The notes beneath the pieces were generated by a model, which did not search any database, was not told the DNA's origin, and saw nothing but the letters and a program-made list of their open reading frames with translations. Positions 10,321-20,881 of a stretch of DNA of 64,000 nucleotides are shown here, piece by piece. The stretch's first letter is position 1, and each line of letters starts with the position of its first letter. A program made the translations under genes and the position numbers. The stretch comes from Ostreococcus lucimarinus (taxonomy: Eukaryota), in assembly GCA_000092065.1 (NCBI GenBank), contig CP000584.1. One strand, written 5' to 3'.

Positions 10321-10462
10321 GCGCGAGGGCGCGCGTCGCGTCGGCGCGTGACGCGCGCGACGTCGCGCGCGAATGCGCCAATGCGCGCGCGCCGACGACA
10401 TTCGTCGACGCGCGACGACGCGCGCGGGCGACGCGCGCGCGCGATGTTTCGCGCGTTCGAAC

Positions 10463-10587
10463 GTGCGTCGGCGACCGCGGGCGCGACGCGCGAGACGCGG
10501 GCGCGACGCGCGAGAACCGCAGCGAGACGCGCGCGAAGGCGCGAGACGCGCGACGCGCGCGACGACTGACGACGACACGATTCGCAG
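10463..10587 (+). other. Putative 5'UTR intron upstream of the RBBP5-like gene
   Basis: GTGCGT at 10463-10468, GACGACTGACG at 10561-10571 and CAG at 10585-10587, the same signature as the coding introns elsewhere in this window. An alternative acceptor is CAG at 10601-10603. Confidence 0.35.
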
Positions 10588-10604
10588 CGCCGAACGCGCG
10601 CAGG

Positions 10605-11939
10605 ATGTGGGAGGTGGTCGAGGACCGGTTGGCGCGCGAGCGCACGACGTGCTGCGCGTGGAATCGACGCGGGACGATGCTGGCGTGCGGGACGTCGAAC
10701 GGGACGATCGTGATTTGGTGCTGGGACACGAGAGCGACGACGCGCGAGTTTCGACGCGACGAAGACGACGGCGAGCGGGCGGCGGTGCTGAGCGTGCACT
10801 GGAGCCTGGACGGGAGGAAGATCGCGGCGGCGAAATCGGATGGGGTGGTGGAGGTGTGGGACGCGCTGGAGGAGGACGTGATCGCGGTGATGTCGAACGT
10901 GGGGCTGTGTTCGAGCGTGAGCTTCGCGGCGTCGAACGCGAGCGGAACGACGGTGATCGTGAGTCCGAGCGTGGGGCGGGCGCCGTACGTGCGCGGGACG
11001 AGCGCGCGAGGGCAGAAAGAGGCCGAACTGCCGTCGTCGCACGATGTGGCGGTGACGGGTTTGGCGGTGTCGAGTAAAAAGGGGAGGTACGTCTTCGTCG
11101 GCGACGCGCGGGGAACGGTGTCCGTCGTCGACGCGTCGGGGGAGCTGCGACTAGCGCAGTCGATTTCGATCCCAGACGCGACGTTGGTGAAGAGATTAGA
11201 ACTGTGTAGAAATGGCAAACACTTGCTCGCGGTGACGAATGGGCAGAAAATATGTGGTTTCGACGTCGACGAAGCCGCGAGCGACGGCGAAGACGTGCTG
11301 ACGAGGATGGTGGAGTACGAGAGCCCGTCCGCCAGCCGATTGCAGTGGAGCGCGGCGGCGTATCCATGGAACGGCGAGTACGTTTACGGTATGTGCAGTG
11401 GCGCCGCGCACGAAATGCACGTGTGGGATCGCGCGTCTGGAGAGTTGAAGTGCGTGCTCGAAGGTCCGGCCGAGGCGAAGGGCGTGGTTCAACTCGCGGC
11501 GCATCCGATTCGAGACGTCGGCATCGCGCTCGGAAGCAACGGCAATATTTACGTTTGGGCGCGCAAGCATAAAGAGGACTGGAGCGCGTTTGATCCCACA
11601 TTCACGACTTTGGTCGATAACAAGGAGTACGTGGAGAAGGAAGACGAATTCGACGCCAAGCCGCCCGTCGAGAAGCAGCCACCGCGCGCGCTCGAGGCGC
11701 TCGATCCGGCGCGGCTGCCTGATTTGTTAAAGCCGACCGTGAATGATTACTACACGGACGACACGGACGATGATGTCTTGCACGCACTTCCGATTCGAAT
11801 CAAACCCAACCCGGAAGTGGCGAAACTCATGGAGGAGCGCAAGGCGAAATGGGCCAAGAAGGCGGCGAGAAAGGAACGCGAGGAGCGCGAGAAGACAGAG
11901 GCGGCGAAAAAGGCGAAGGAAACTGGCGGAGAAAACTGA
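10605..11939 (+). CDS. RBBP5/SWD1-like WD40 protein (COMPASS H3K4 methyltransferase complex subunit)
   Basis: N-terminal WD repeats align with RBBP5: 'CCAWNRRGTMLACGTSNGTIVIWCWDTRAT' vs '[28 protein letters not shown]'; 'VLSVHWSLDGRKIAAAKSDGVVEVWD' vs 'VCSLCWSRDGHKLVSASTDNIVSQWD'; 'KKGRYVFVGDARGTVSVVD' vs 'RRGEYIYTGNAKGKILVLK'. Confidence 0.8.
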   Translation: MWEVVEDRLARERTTCCAWNRRGTMLACGTSNGTIVIWCWDTRATTREFRRDEDDGERAAVLSVHWSLDGRKIAAAKSDGVVEVWDALEEDVIAVMSNVGLCSSVSFAASNASGTTVIVSPSVGRAPYVRGTSARGQKEAELPSSHDVAVTGLAVSSKKGRYVFVGDARGTVSVVDASGELRLAQSISIPDATLVKRLELCRNGKHLLAVTNGQKICGFDVDEAASDGEDVLTRMVEYESPSASRLQWSAAAYPWNGEYVYGMCSGAAHEMHVWDRASGELKCVLEGPAEAKGVVQLAAHPIRDVGIALGSNGNIYVWARKHKEDWSAFDPTFTTLVDNKEYVEKEDEFDAKPPVEKQPPRALEALDPARLPDLLKPTVNDYYTDDTDDDVLHALPIRIKPNPEVAKLMEERKAKWAKKAARKEREEREKTEAAKKAKETGGEN

Positions 11940-11990
11940 GTAGAATAGTCTAATATCACACTAAAATCGTCTAGGAAAAAACCAGCAAAA

Positions 11991-13310
11991 TCACTTTGAG
12001 CGTTCCACCGCGCGTTTGGCGAGCTCTTTGAGCGCACGTCTGCAGTGCATCGCGTACTTGGACTCTGACGCGGGAAGACGGTCAATCGCAGCGATGGCCA
12101 AGTCGCAGTGCTCACGCGCGAGTTCTTGAGTTCGCGCGATGCCCTGGCTGCTCTTTACGAGCTCGTGCGCGCGCTGGACGTCGCCAGAGTGCTTGAACCT
12201 TCGCTCGACAAGGTCTGAGAGTTCAGGGAATTCCTGCACGGCGAAGAGCACCGGCGCCGTAGCGATGCCTTCTTTCAAGTCGCCAAGCGTCGGTTTTCCG
12301 AGAAGAGACTCAGATCCGATGAAGTCGAGAACATCGTCTTGGAACTGAAACGCCAATCCGAGGTTTTTCCCATAATCGTACGCCAGTTGCGCGCTTTCTT
12401 CCCCGTGCCCGCCGAGCAAGGCGATGGCTTTTGAACTATTAGCGATGAGACTCGCCGTCTTATAGTACGTCTTCTTCACGTAGTGATCCATGGACGACAA
12501 ACTTTCCGGTTTTGCCGTCATTTGCATCACCTCTCCCGCGACGAGATGCTCGAGAACTCGAGACAAGAGCTCGATGACTTCTGTATTACGCAACGACGCC
12601 AGCGTCACCGACGCCCTCGCGAGTAAGAAATCGCCCGCCAAAATCGCCAGCTTGTTGCCCACCTCCAAATTCAACGCCCGCAGTCCCCGACGCGTGGCGG
12701 CGTTATCGAGCACGTCATCGTGCAACAGACTCGCGACGTGGATCATCTCCGCAATTTCCGCCAGGCGTTGTTGTCGTCGCCGCACGTCCGCCGGCGCCTG
12801 GTGCGCGGGCGCGTGATCCGTTTCTCTCCACCCTCCCTGCGCCGCGCTCGTCATCACCCCGTTCGTCATCGCGCTCGCCATGAGCATCAAAACCGTCGGT
12901 CGCACGCGTTTCCCCTCCGCACCGAGCTTGAAAAAATACTCGCTCGCCGTCGACAACGCGGGTATATCGCTCGTCACCGCCCTTCGCATCCGTTCCCCGA
13001 TCGCCCTCAGCTCATCGTCCACGATCTTGAACGGATTTATCGGCACCGCGTCATCGTACGCGAGCTCTTCCCTCGGCACCGCGTGCGCGCTCGCGAACCC
13101 GACGCTCGGTCTCGCTCGCGCGTCGCCCGCCGCCCTCGCGTTCGCCGCGCCCTCCCCTTCGCCTCGCGTTCGCGCGCGCCAATCGCCGCGCGTGCCGCTC
13201 GCGATCGCTCGGGTCCCTCGATCGAGTCCTCGCGCGCGTTCGGCGACGTCCAGAGCGCGCGCGCGCGCCCGCTCGGCGACGCGCGACGCGATTCGAGCGA
13301 ACGAAGGCAT
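11991..13310 (-). CDS. trans-Polyprenyl diphosphate synthase (solanesyl/long-chain prenyl-PP synthase-like) with N-terminal organellar presequence
   Basis: First aspartate-rich motif 'LLHDDVLDNAATRRG' and second 'FQFQDDVLDF'. N-terminal ~90 aa is Arg/Ala/Ser-rich with no acidic residues before the catalytic core. Confidence 0.85.
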   Translation of the reverse strand: MPSFARIASRVAERARARALDVAERARGLDRGTRAIASGTRGDWRARTRGEGEGAANARAAGDARARPSVGFASAHAVPREELAYDDAVPINPFKIVDDELRAIGERMRRAVTSDIPALSTASEYFFKLGAEGKRVRPTVLMLMASAMTNGVMTSAAQGGWRETDHAPAHQAPADVRRRQQRLAEIAEMIHVASLLHDDVLDNAATRRGLRALNLEVGNKLAILAGDFLLARASVTLASLRNTEVIELLSRVLEHLVAGEVMQMTAKPESLSSMDHYVKKTYYKTASLIANSSKAIALLGGHGEESAQLAYDYGKNLGLAFQFQDDVLDFIGSESLLGKPTLGDLKEGIATAPVLFAVQEFPELSDLVERRFKHSGDVQRAHELVKSSQGIARTQELAREHCDLAIAAIDRLPASESKYAMHCRRALKELAKRAVERSK

Positions 13311-13539
13311 GCCTCGTCGACGCGACGCTTATCCGGTCGCGCGGCGTCGCGCGCGCGCTTCGAGGCGACGGCGACGACGCGCGCGCGCGCGTCGCGCGTG
13401 TGCGCGTCCGTGCGGCGCGCGGGCGCGTCGCGGGCGAGTTGTGACGCCGATCGCGACGCCGATGGGACGATGAGGGGCTGACGCGAGGCGAACGCGCGCG
13501 CGAAGGCGCGAAGGCGACGAAGGCGAAGCGGCGGCGTGT

Positions 13540-14430
13540 CTATTCACGACGAACGAGCACGAAATCTAAAAACCTGCGCGGAACGTCGGCTTTGAACCTG
13601 TAGCCGCGACCGACGAGCACGCCCGGCGCGAGCGGGCGGATGTAATCGACCAAGGCGTCGAACGGGTAGAGCGCGAGGCGAGGCGCGGGCCAGGAGACGC
13701 CGCCGGCGCGGGACGCGAGAGGCCGCCGCGTCGCCAACACCGGGACGTCGCGGTAATCCAAAGATAAATCAGCGCGCTCGCCGGTGCCGGGAATCGTCAC
13801 GGAGTCGTCGGTGAAGTCGTTGGAGGCGAAATACAGAGGAAGCAAGGCGTCGAGCGGGCCTTTTTTAATCGGCGCTCGACCGAGAAATCGTCGCGAAGCC
13901 GCGCTTCGCATCGGATCGTCGTCCTCGTCCACGTAAAACGCCTTGGCGAAGCGATTGAGGAACTTGGTCGGGAGTTTCGCGACGCGTCCTTCGAACACGC
14001 GCACGCCGTCACCGCGCGCATTCGCGTCGTCGTCGCCTAAAATCTCATTCGCCGCGTGAAAATCCTTCGTCGAGCCCGCGCTCGCGGCGCGCTCCGCGCG
14101 CGTCAACGCGTACCCCTCACCCGCGATCGTCCACGCGTTCTCGATCCCCGTCGACGACAGCGCGTCCATAAAAATCATCTTCTGCGCCGTCGTCATTCCC
14201 GCGAGCTCCTCGCGGACGTACGACGACGCGCGCGTCGCGCTCGCGCTCAGCGCCGCGACGTCGTAGCAATTCACCACCGCCGCCAATCGCTCGGCGCGTT
14301 CGCGCCCGTCCTCGTCCTCGTCCTCGTCATCGTCCTCGTCATCGCGTTCGCGCGACGTCGACGCGTCCGTCGCGCGCCGCGCGTGCCGCGCGCGCGCGCC
14401 GCGCGCCGCGCGCGCGCATCGCGTCGACAT
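13540..14430 (-). CDS. Hypothetical conserved protein (acidic [12 protein letters not shown] stretch near N-terminus)
   Basis: Protein-like composition from [11 protein letters not shown] (ATG at 14430) to the stop at 13540. The upstream part of the track ORF (to 15174) is GC junk antisense to SecA. Confidence 0.4.
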   Translation of the reverse strand: MSTRCARAARGARARHARRATDASTSRERDDEDDDEDEDEDGRERAERLAAVVNCYDVAALSASATRASSYVREELAGMTTAQKMIFMDALSSTGIENAWTIAGEGYALTRAERAASAGSTKDFHAANEILGDDDANARGDGVRVFEGRVAKLPTKFLNRFAKAFYVDEDDDPMRSAASRRFLGRAPIKKGPLDALLPLYFASNDFTDDSVTIPGTGERADLSLDYRDVPVLATRRPLASRAGGVSWPAPRLALYPFDALVDYIRPLAPGVLVGRGYRFKADVPRRFLDFVLVRRE

Positions 14431-14716
14431 CGCGCGCGCGCGCGACCGCGCATCGCCGCGTCCGTCGCGCGCGTCCGGCGCGCGCGACGCGACGCGCGCG
14501 TCCACGGAAAACATCGCACCGCGACGCGTCGCGCGCGATCGCGCGCGTCGCGTCGCGCGCGCGCGCGCGTGTGATGCGCGCGTCGCGTACTGTTTACCCA
14601 TACGCGCCCCGTCGACGTGGCATCGCGCGCGCCCTCTTATCCGCACACGCGCGCGCGCCGACGACCGCGCGCACGCCGACGACGGCGCGACACGACCGCG
14701 CGCGACGCACTCGACG

Positions 14717-17683
14717 ATGTCGCGCGCGCTCGGCGCGACCGCGCGCGCGATGCGCGGCGAACGCGCGCGCATCGGCGCCGACGTCGAAGGACTGCGCCGC
14801 CGCGGCGGACGGGACGCGACGCGCGGCGCGCGACGCGCGGCGCGCGGGACGCCGACGCGCGCGATGTTCGCGGGATTCGAAAAGATGCTCAAGGGTGACC
14901 CGTCGGAGAAGACGAAGAAGCGGTACCAGGCGCGCGTGGACGCGGTGAACGCGCTCGGGGCGAGGACGAAGGCGCTGAGCGACGACGAGCTGCGGGCGAA
15001 GACGGAGGAATTCCGCGAGCGATTGCGACGAGGCGAGAGCGAGGACGATTTACTCGTCGAGGCGTTCGCGGTGGTTCGAGAGGCGGCGGATCGCGTGCTC
15101 GGGCTGCGGCCGTTCGACGTGCAACTCATCGGGGGGATGATTTTGCACGAAGGGCAAATCGCGGAGATGCGCACGGGGGAGGGGAAGACGCTGGTGTCGG
15201 CGTTGCCGGCGTATTTGAACGCGCTGAGCGGGAAGGGCGTGCACGTGGTGACGGTGAACGATTACTTGGCGAGAAGAGACGCGGAGTGGATCGGGCAGAT
15301 TCATAAGTTTCTCGGGATGACGTGCGGGTTGATCCAGGCGGGCATGGCGGAGGAGGAGCGACGAGTCGGGTACGGAAGTGACGTGACGTACGTCACAAAT
15401 TCCGAGCTCGGGTTCGATTACCTGCGCGACAACTTGGCGCAAAACACCGGGGAGCTGGTGCAGCGCGATTTCAACTTTTGTATCATCGATGAGGTTGATT
15501 CCATTCTCATCGACGAGGCGCGAACGCCGCTCATCATCTCCGGCGTGGCGGATAAGCCGAGCGAACGCTACATTCAAGCCGCAAAGATTGCAGACGCCTT
15601 CGAGAAAGACTACCACTACAAAGTCGACGAAAAGCAAAAGAGCGTGTTGTTGAGCGAAGAAGGTTACGAAGCGGCGGAAGACTTGTTGCAAGTGACGGAT
15701 TTGTACGATCCGCGCACGCAGTGGGCGTTGTACATCATCAACGCCATCAAGGCTAAGGAACTCCAAAAACGCGACGTCAACTACATTGTTCGTGGCCAAG
15801 AAATTATCATCGTCGATGAGTTCTCTGGCCGTACTATGCAGGGACGTCGATGGTCCGATGGTTTACACCAAGCCGTCGAAGCCAAGGAAGGGGTGACGAT
15901 TCAAAACGAAACAGTCACCATCGCCTCGGTGACGTACCAAGCCTTCTTCAAGTCCTACCCCAAGCTCGGTGGTATGACCGGTACCGCCGAAACGGAGATC
16001 ACCGAGTTCAGTAACATTTACGAGCTCGAAGTCGCGGTCGTGCCGACAAACCGACCGGTCTCGCGGGAGGATTCCACCGACGTCGTCTTCCGCTCGGAAA
16101 CCGGCAAGTGGAACGCCGTGCGCAAGGAAATCTCGCGCATGCACAAAAAGGGACGGCCCGTGCTCGTCGGTACCACTTCGGTCGAGCGTTCGGAGCAAAT
16201 CGCAGAACTTCTCGACGAAGACGGCATTCCGTACGAGTTGCTCAACGCCAAGCCGGAGAACGTCGAGCGGGAGTCTGAAATTGTCGCTCAGTCGGGCCGC
16301 AAAGGGGCGGTGACCATCGCCACCAACATGGCTGGTCGCGGTACGGATATTCTTTTGGGCGGTAACGCCGAATTCATGGCGCGTCTTCGCGTTCGTGAGT
16401 CGCTCATGCAGCGCGTCGTCATGCCCGAGGACGGCGAAATCGCTTTCGAAAAGAAAGGGAACCTCGCCAAGTCGGGCGGGAACAAGTGGGCCGTCAAGGA
16501 AGGCTTGTATCCGTGCGAGCTCTCCGCGGAAACCGCGAAGATGCTCGGCGAAGCCGTCGACACTGCGTGCTCGGTGTGGGGCGATCGATCTCTCGAGGCT
16601 CTCGATGCTGAGGAACGCTTGTCCTTCGCGTGCGAAAAGGGTCCGTCCGAAGACGAAGCCATTCTCGCGCTACGCAAGGTGTTCAACGCGATTGAAGCCG
16701 AATACAAGGTGTACACGAGCGCTGAAAAGAAGGAAGTCCTCGGGCTCGGTGGCCTGCACGTGGTCGGCACTGAGAGACACGAGTCGCGTCGCGTTGATAA
16801 CCAGCTCCGAGGTCGCTCAGGCCGTCAAGGGGATCCGGGAAGCACGCGATATTTCTTGTCACTGGAGGATAACCTCTTCCGCATCTTCGGCGGCGATCGC
16901 ATTCAAGCGTTGATGAGCGCTTTCCGAGTTGAGGACATGCCTATCGAGTCCGGCATGCTCACGAACTCCTTGGATGAAGCCCAAAAGAAGGTTGAACGTT
17001 ACTTTTACGATATTCGTAAGCAGCTGTTCGACTACGACGCCGTTTTGAACTCGCAGCGTGAAAAGGTTTACTTCGAACGCCGCCGAGCGCTCACCGCGAG
17101 CAGAGAGCAACTCCAAGAACAAATGCTTGAATACGCCGAGCTTACCATCGATGACATCGTGAACGCTAATATCGATACGTCGGAGCCTGTGTCCGAGTGG
17201 CCGCTTGAAGGACTCGTCGGCAAGTTGCGACAATACTGCTACTACTTCGGCGAAATCGATGAGAGCGACATTCGCCCCATCGCGGAGAAGGGTGGCGTCA
17301 ACGCATTGCGCAATTTCCTCGTCAAGAAGGGTCAGGATGCATACATGACCAAATGCGGCGAAGTTGAGGCTACCGAAGCGGGGCTGATGATGGAAGCGGA
17401 GCGCTTCTTCATTTTGTCGCAAACCGACAATTTGTGGAAGCAACACTTGCAGGCTATCAAGTTTGTGCAACAAGCTGTCGGCTTGCGCGGTTACGCTCAA
17501 AAGGATCCTCTCATCGAATACAAGCTTGAAGGCTTCAACCTCTACACAGAGATGATGGCGCAAATCAGACGCAACGTCATCTACTCTGTGTACATGTTCC
17601 AACCGCAGCGTTTAGAACAAAAGGAAGAGGCAGAACTCGTCGGTGCGGGAGGCGATCAGAAGCCGAACTCGCGCAAAAAGTGA
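14717..17683 (+). CDS. secA: Preprotein translocase SecA, nuclear-encoded with plastid-type presequence (cpSecA)
   Basis: 988 aa in one exon. Walker A '[20 protein letters not shown]', '[19 protein letters not shown]', '[30 protein letters not shown]'. N-terminal ~75 aa is Arg/Ala/Thr-rich before the conserved '[11 protein letters not shown]' that marks where the mature protein starts. Confidence 0.95.
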   Translation: MSRALGATARAMRGERARIGADVEGLRRRGGRDATRGARRAARGTPTRAMFAGFEKMLKGDPSEKTKKRYQARVDAVNALGARTKALSDDELRAKTEEFRERLRRGESEDDLLVEAFAVVREAADRVLGLRPFDVQLIGGMILHEGQIAEMRTGEGKTLVSALPAYLNALSGKGVHVVTVNDYLARRDAEWIGQIHKFLGMTCGLIQAGMAEEERRVGYGSDVTYVTNSELGFDYLRDNLAQNTGELVQRDFNFCIIDEVDSILIDEARTPLIISGVADKPSERYIQAAKIADAFEKDYHYKVDEKQKSVLLSEEGYEAAEDLLQVTDLYDPRTQWALYIINAIKAKELQKRDVNYIVRGQEIIIVDEFSGRTMQGRRWSDGLHQAVEAKEGVTIQNETVTIASVTYQAFFKSYPKLGGMTGTAETEITEFSNIYELEVAVVPTNRPVSREDSTDVVFRSETGKWNAVRKEISRMHKKGRPVLVGTTSVERSEQIAELLDEDGIPYELLNAKPENVERESEIVAQSGRKGAVTIATNMAGRGTDILLGGNAEFMARLRVRESLMQRVVMPEDGEIAFEKKGNLAKSGGNKWAVKEGLYPCELSAETAKMLGEAVDTACSVWGDRSLEALDAEERLSFACEKGPSEDEAILALRKVFNAIEAEYKVYTSAEKKEVLGLGGLHVVGTERHESRRVDNQLRGRSGRQGDPGSTRYFLSLEDNLFRIFGGDRIQALMSAFRVEDMPIESGMLTNSLDEAQKKVERYFYDIRKQLFDYDAVLNSQREKVYFERRRALTASREQLQEQMLEYAELTIDDIVNANIDTSEPVSEWPLEGLVGKLRQYCYYFGEIDESDIRPIAEKGGVNALRNFLVKKGQDAYMTKCGEVEATEAGLMMEAERFFILSQTDNLWKQHLQAIKFVQQAVGLRGYAQKDPLIEYKLEGFNLYTEMMAQIRRNVIYSVYMFQPQRLEQKEEAELVGAGGDQKPNSRKK

Positions 17684-17748
17684 GCGCCAACGAAAACCCG
17701 AATGAATGAATTGTAGTGCTACGAACGAAATAACTAAAATACAAGCTG

Positions 17749-19650
17749 CTAATCAGTCTTGCGCATCACCGTCGAGTCGTCGCTGGCGAGCAAAATCTTG
17801 AGTTTGCGACTAATTTCTACGATTGCCTCGCGGCGCTTTTCTACAATCGGCGCGTTGGGATTTTCGTCCCTCTTCTTCTCTTCGTCGTCGTCACACGCAC
17901 TGCCGTGCGCGTGCTCATCACGGGCGCGGGCCATGGTCGTGATAACGTCGACGACGTTTGCGTTGAGTGACTTGAGTGATGTCGTCACGTGTCCCTCATG
18001 TTTGAAAAGTTGTCGGCCACTCGCCTTTGCCGCTCGCTCGCTCGCTCGGGTTAGCAATAACCCGTCTCTTAACGCGTGCACGCTAGCTTCGTCGTCGAGT
18101 GTCGACGCAAATCTATCGAGACATTTCGCAAGATGTGACTCGGCATCTGGATCCCGCAACGCAATCTTCCACATTGCCCCGTGCATCGCGAACGTCCCGT
18201 CAAACGAGAACTCGGCGCCAGCCAAAGCCGTGCGCACACCTGAGACGCGACTGACGAACTCGTACACTCCATCGCACGCGAGCGTCGATAGCAGCAATGC
18301 TCGTCGAACGGTTTCAGCAAGCGGCGATCGATGTAAAGCGATGAAGATGTTCACTAGTGCTCGTAAACATCCAGTGCGCAGCAATCTTTCGCCCACATCC
18401 TTCACGACGACGGCGTTCGCATTTGTGGTGTAAAACGCGAGCAATAATGCGCTCAAACCGACTGTGTCCTGCCAATCTGGATCTTCCTTGCGTGCATCCA
18501 TGACGCGCAGACTGTGCTCTAAAGTCTTCGTTACGACTGGGATTGCTCGGTGCACGTGTGCCCAAAGTTTACTTCTTGCCGAGGAAGCGCTGTTCTCCCC
18601 TTCGCCAAGTGCCTGTACACCCATCGTCTCTGCGCCGAGGCGCAAGCACAAATACGCCAACAGCTCCAACGCAATTCGGTGATCTTCAGTCTGCTCGTCC
18701 ATCGCGTCGCTCTGTGCGAACTTGAGCGCATCAAGCGCGCGCGTCAAGCCCGCTTCGACGCCCAACTTGCCGCCCGCCGCGATGGCCCATCGCTCGCGCA
18801 GCGCGCGCAAGGGAATCGTTCGTAGCGCGCGCCTTTCGACGTCGCACGACGCGCACATCGCCTCGAATAAGTCCATCAATCCCGATGCGACGTCGAGGCG
18901 TTCCCAATCGGAATTCACTCCCACATTCGTCGACGTAGCGCCGACGCGCGCCGGCAGCAACTCGCTCATCAGACCGCGCAACTTGGCGTTCACGACCTCT
19001 CGTTTCGACATTTTCGCGTAACGCGCGTCATCTTTAACGGGCGAAAACCACGAGACGGTAGATTCCACCGGCTCCCACGCGTCGTCGTCGTCATCGCCAT
19101 CTTCCCGAGGTTCCGAGACGATCGGCGCGTTCGCCGTCGCGCCGTTCGCGCCGTTCGCGAGCGTCTCGCGCGGCGCCTCCGCCTCCGTCTCCGCCTCCGC
19201 CTCGTGCTCCTCCGGCGCGTACGCCCGGAGCGCCTCGAACGCATCGTCATCGCTCATGCGCATCACCGCGCGCGGCACCTCGACGTACACCACCGCCCGC
19301 AAGTTCCGAAACGCGTCGCCGCGCGCGTCGTCGCCGTCCTCCCCATCGTCCCTCGCGTCGCTCGCGCCGCCTCCCTCTCGCGCGTTCCGCGCCAGCGCCC
19401 GCGTCAGCGCGAACGGCGTTCGCGCGAGCCCGCCGTCCGCGCGCGCGGCGTCGCGCATCGCCGCCGCGAGCGCGCGCACTTCGTCGTCGCTCACCAGCGG
19501 ATAATCGAATCCCAACTTTTCGTGCGCCTCCCTCGCGAGCGCCGCGCGGCTCGCGCCGTCGCGCGCGTTCGAGGCGTTCGGGCGCGCGTTCGCCGTCCTC
19601 ACCGCGTCCTCGAGCGCGCGCGCGATCGACGACGCCGTCGCGGCGTCCAT
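17749..19650 (-). CDS. Hypothetical alpha-helical (ARM/HEAT-like) repeat protein
   Basis: 634-aa ORF from ATG (MDAATASS) at 19650. No recognisable catalytic motifs. Confidence 0.35.
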   Translation of the reverse strand: MDAATASSIARALEDAVRTANARPNASNARDGASRAALAREAHEKLGFDYPLVSDDEVRALAAAMRDAARADGGLARTPFALTRALARNAREGGGASDARDDGEDGDDARGDAFRNLRAVVYVEVPRAVMRMSDDDAFEALRAYAPEEHEAEAETEAEAPRETLANGANGATANAPIVSEPREDGDDDDDAWEPVESTVSWFSPVKDDARYAKMSKREVVNAKLRGLMSELLPARVGATSTNVGVNSDWERLDVASGLMDLFEAMCASCDVERRALRTIPLRALRERWAIAAGGKLGVEAGLTRALDALKFAQSDAMDEQTEDHRIALELLAYLCLRLGAETMGVQALGEGENSASSARSKLWAHVHRAIPVVTKTLEHSLRVMDARKEDPDWQDTVGLSALLLAFYTTNANAVVVKDVGERLLRTGCLRALVNIFIALHRSPLAETVRRALLLSTLACDGVYEFVSRVSGVRTALAGAEFSFDGTFAMHGAMWKIALRDPDAESHLAKCLDRFASTLDDEASVHALRDGLLLTRASERAAKASGRQLFKHEGHVTTSLKSLNANVVDVITTMARARDEHAHGSACDDDEEKKRDENPNAPIVEKRREAIVEISRKLKILLASDDSTVMRKTD

Positions 19651-19731
19651 CGCGCGCGCGAGTGCCGCCGCCGCACACGACGACGCCGCGACCGCACCGC
19701 GCGCGCGACCGGCGACGCGCGCGACGACGCC

Positions 19732-19758
19732 ATGGCGCGGAATCAAGAGAAGGCGAAT
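19732..19758 (+). CDS. ISY1: Pre-mRNA splicing factor ISY1, exon 1 (MARNQEKAN)
   Basis: The canonical ISY1 N-terminus MARNxEKA is encoded at 19732 and immediately followed by GTGCGT. Confidence 0.75.
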
Positions 19759-19895
19759 GTGCGTCGATCGGCGGGCGCGCGCGGCGGGCGCGACGCGCGC
19801 GCGAGCGCGCGCGCGACGCGCGCGACTTAGGTTGAAGGCGCGAACGAACGAACGAACGACTGACGACGACGACGACGACGACGACGCGCGCGCAG
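19759..19895 (+). other. ISY1 intron (137 nt): GTGCGT...CTTAGGTTGAAGGCGCGAACG...ACGACTGACG(ACG)n...CGCAG
   Basis: Splicing joins MARNQEKAN to GMFNKWTSGKQ..., reproducing the ISY1 N-terminal region (human MARNAEKAMTALARFRQAQ). A (GAC)8 microsatellite lies inside the intron. Confidence 0.75.
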
Positions 19896-20684
19896 GGGAT
19901 GTTTAACAAGTGGACGAGCGGGAAACAAGACGCGCTGCGCGGATCGGTGTCGCGCTCGCGGCCGTTTCACACGCACGCGGCGAAAGACCTGAACGAGGCG
20001 GATCGGTGGCGGAGCGACGTGCTGCGCGACGTCGGAAGAAAAGTGATGGAGATTCAGAACGCTGGTTTAGGGGAACATAAGATTCGAGACTTGAACGATG
20101 AGATAAATCAGTTGTTGAAGGAGAAGTGGCAGTGGGAGATGCGAATCATCGAGCTCGGGGGGCCGAATTACATCGCGTCGGCGCCGAAGGTGGAGGACGC
20201 CGACGGCGGCGCGGTGCAACCGCCGGGGACGGCGGGCGATAGGAAGGCGTACAAATACTTCGGTGCGGCGAAGAATTTACCGGGAGTGAAGGAATTGTTC
20301 GAGGCGCCCGTGACGAAGGCGGTGCGTCGAACGCGACACCAGATGAACCTACACATCGATAGCGGATATTACGGCTTCCGGGACGAGGAGGACGGCGTGT
20401 TGCTCAAAGACGAAGCTGAAGCCGAGCAGCAGCTGCAAGCGGCGGCGATCGAGCAGTACGAGACGGAACAAAAACTACGTGAGCTCGAAGGCGGCGGTGG
20501 TACGCGCAAAAAGGCGAGCACCGTCGCGGACGCGGGCCGACAATTCGTCGCGCACGTGCCGCTCGTGGACGAGGCCGATATCGAGCGAGAAGTGCTGAAC
20601 CGCAAAAAGCAGGAACTGTTGGCCAAGTACGTCAGCGAGGATCTTCAGGCGCAGGAGGCGAGCGCAAAGACGATGCTGCATTGA
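19896..20684 (+). CDS. ISY1: Pre-mRNA splicing factor ISY1, exon 2
   Basis: 'KVMEIQNAGLGEHKIRDLNDEINQLLKEKWQWEMRIIELGGPNY' and 'YKYFGAAKNLPGVKELFE' closely match ISY1. Confidence 0.85.
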   Translation, partial: GMFNKWTSGKQDALRGSVSRSRPFHTHAAKDLNEADRWRSDVLRDVGRKVMEIQNAGLGEHKIRDLNDEINQLLKEKWQWEMRIIELGGPNYIASAPKVEDADGGAVQPPGTAGDRKAYKYFGAAKNLPGVKELFEAPVTKAVRRTRHQMNLHIDSGYYGFRDEEDGVLLKDEAEAEQQLQAAAIEQYETEQKLRELEGGGGTRKKASTVADAGRQFVAHVPLVDEADIEREVLNRKKQELLAKYVSEDLQAQEASAKTMLH

Positions 20685-20881
20685 GTCCCAACCGCGATTA
20701 GCCACGCAGTGGGTCTCCTTTCCTAGTAACAACCGTGTAAATTTGAAACGCGCGTCGCGCTGACAGAAACACTCCGTCGGACCGCGCGCGCCTGAGTGCG
20801 CGACGCATCGCCGGCGCGACGTGCGCGTCGCATCGCGCGCGCGCGAACCGACGCGTGCGCCCTCGCGTCGGCCGCGCAGCG

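Noticed and set aside
9049-11601. Very long antisense/extended ORFs (e.g. 9049-11601 -, 7507-8583 -, 26575-28524 -, 13540-15174 - upstream part, 19247-19909 -, 22694-24262 +) encoding Arg/Ala/Gly-rich 'proteins'
   Set aside because: They show amino-acid composition typical of random translation of GC/CpG-rich DNA, with no conserved motifs. They overlap well-supported genes on the other strand or in another frame. Only the conserved sub-segments (e.g. the SWIB gene 9049-10320) were kept.
14717-17683. Possibility that SecA (and DXR) indicate prokaryotic/organellar DNA or contamination
   Set aside because: Both carry long Arg/Ala-rich N-terminal presequences absent from bacterial homologues. 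They are embedded among unmistakably eukaryotic nuclear genes (kinesin, HAC, ISY1, NPL4) with the same GC and intron style.
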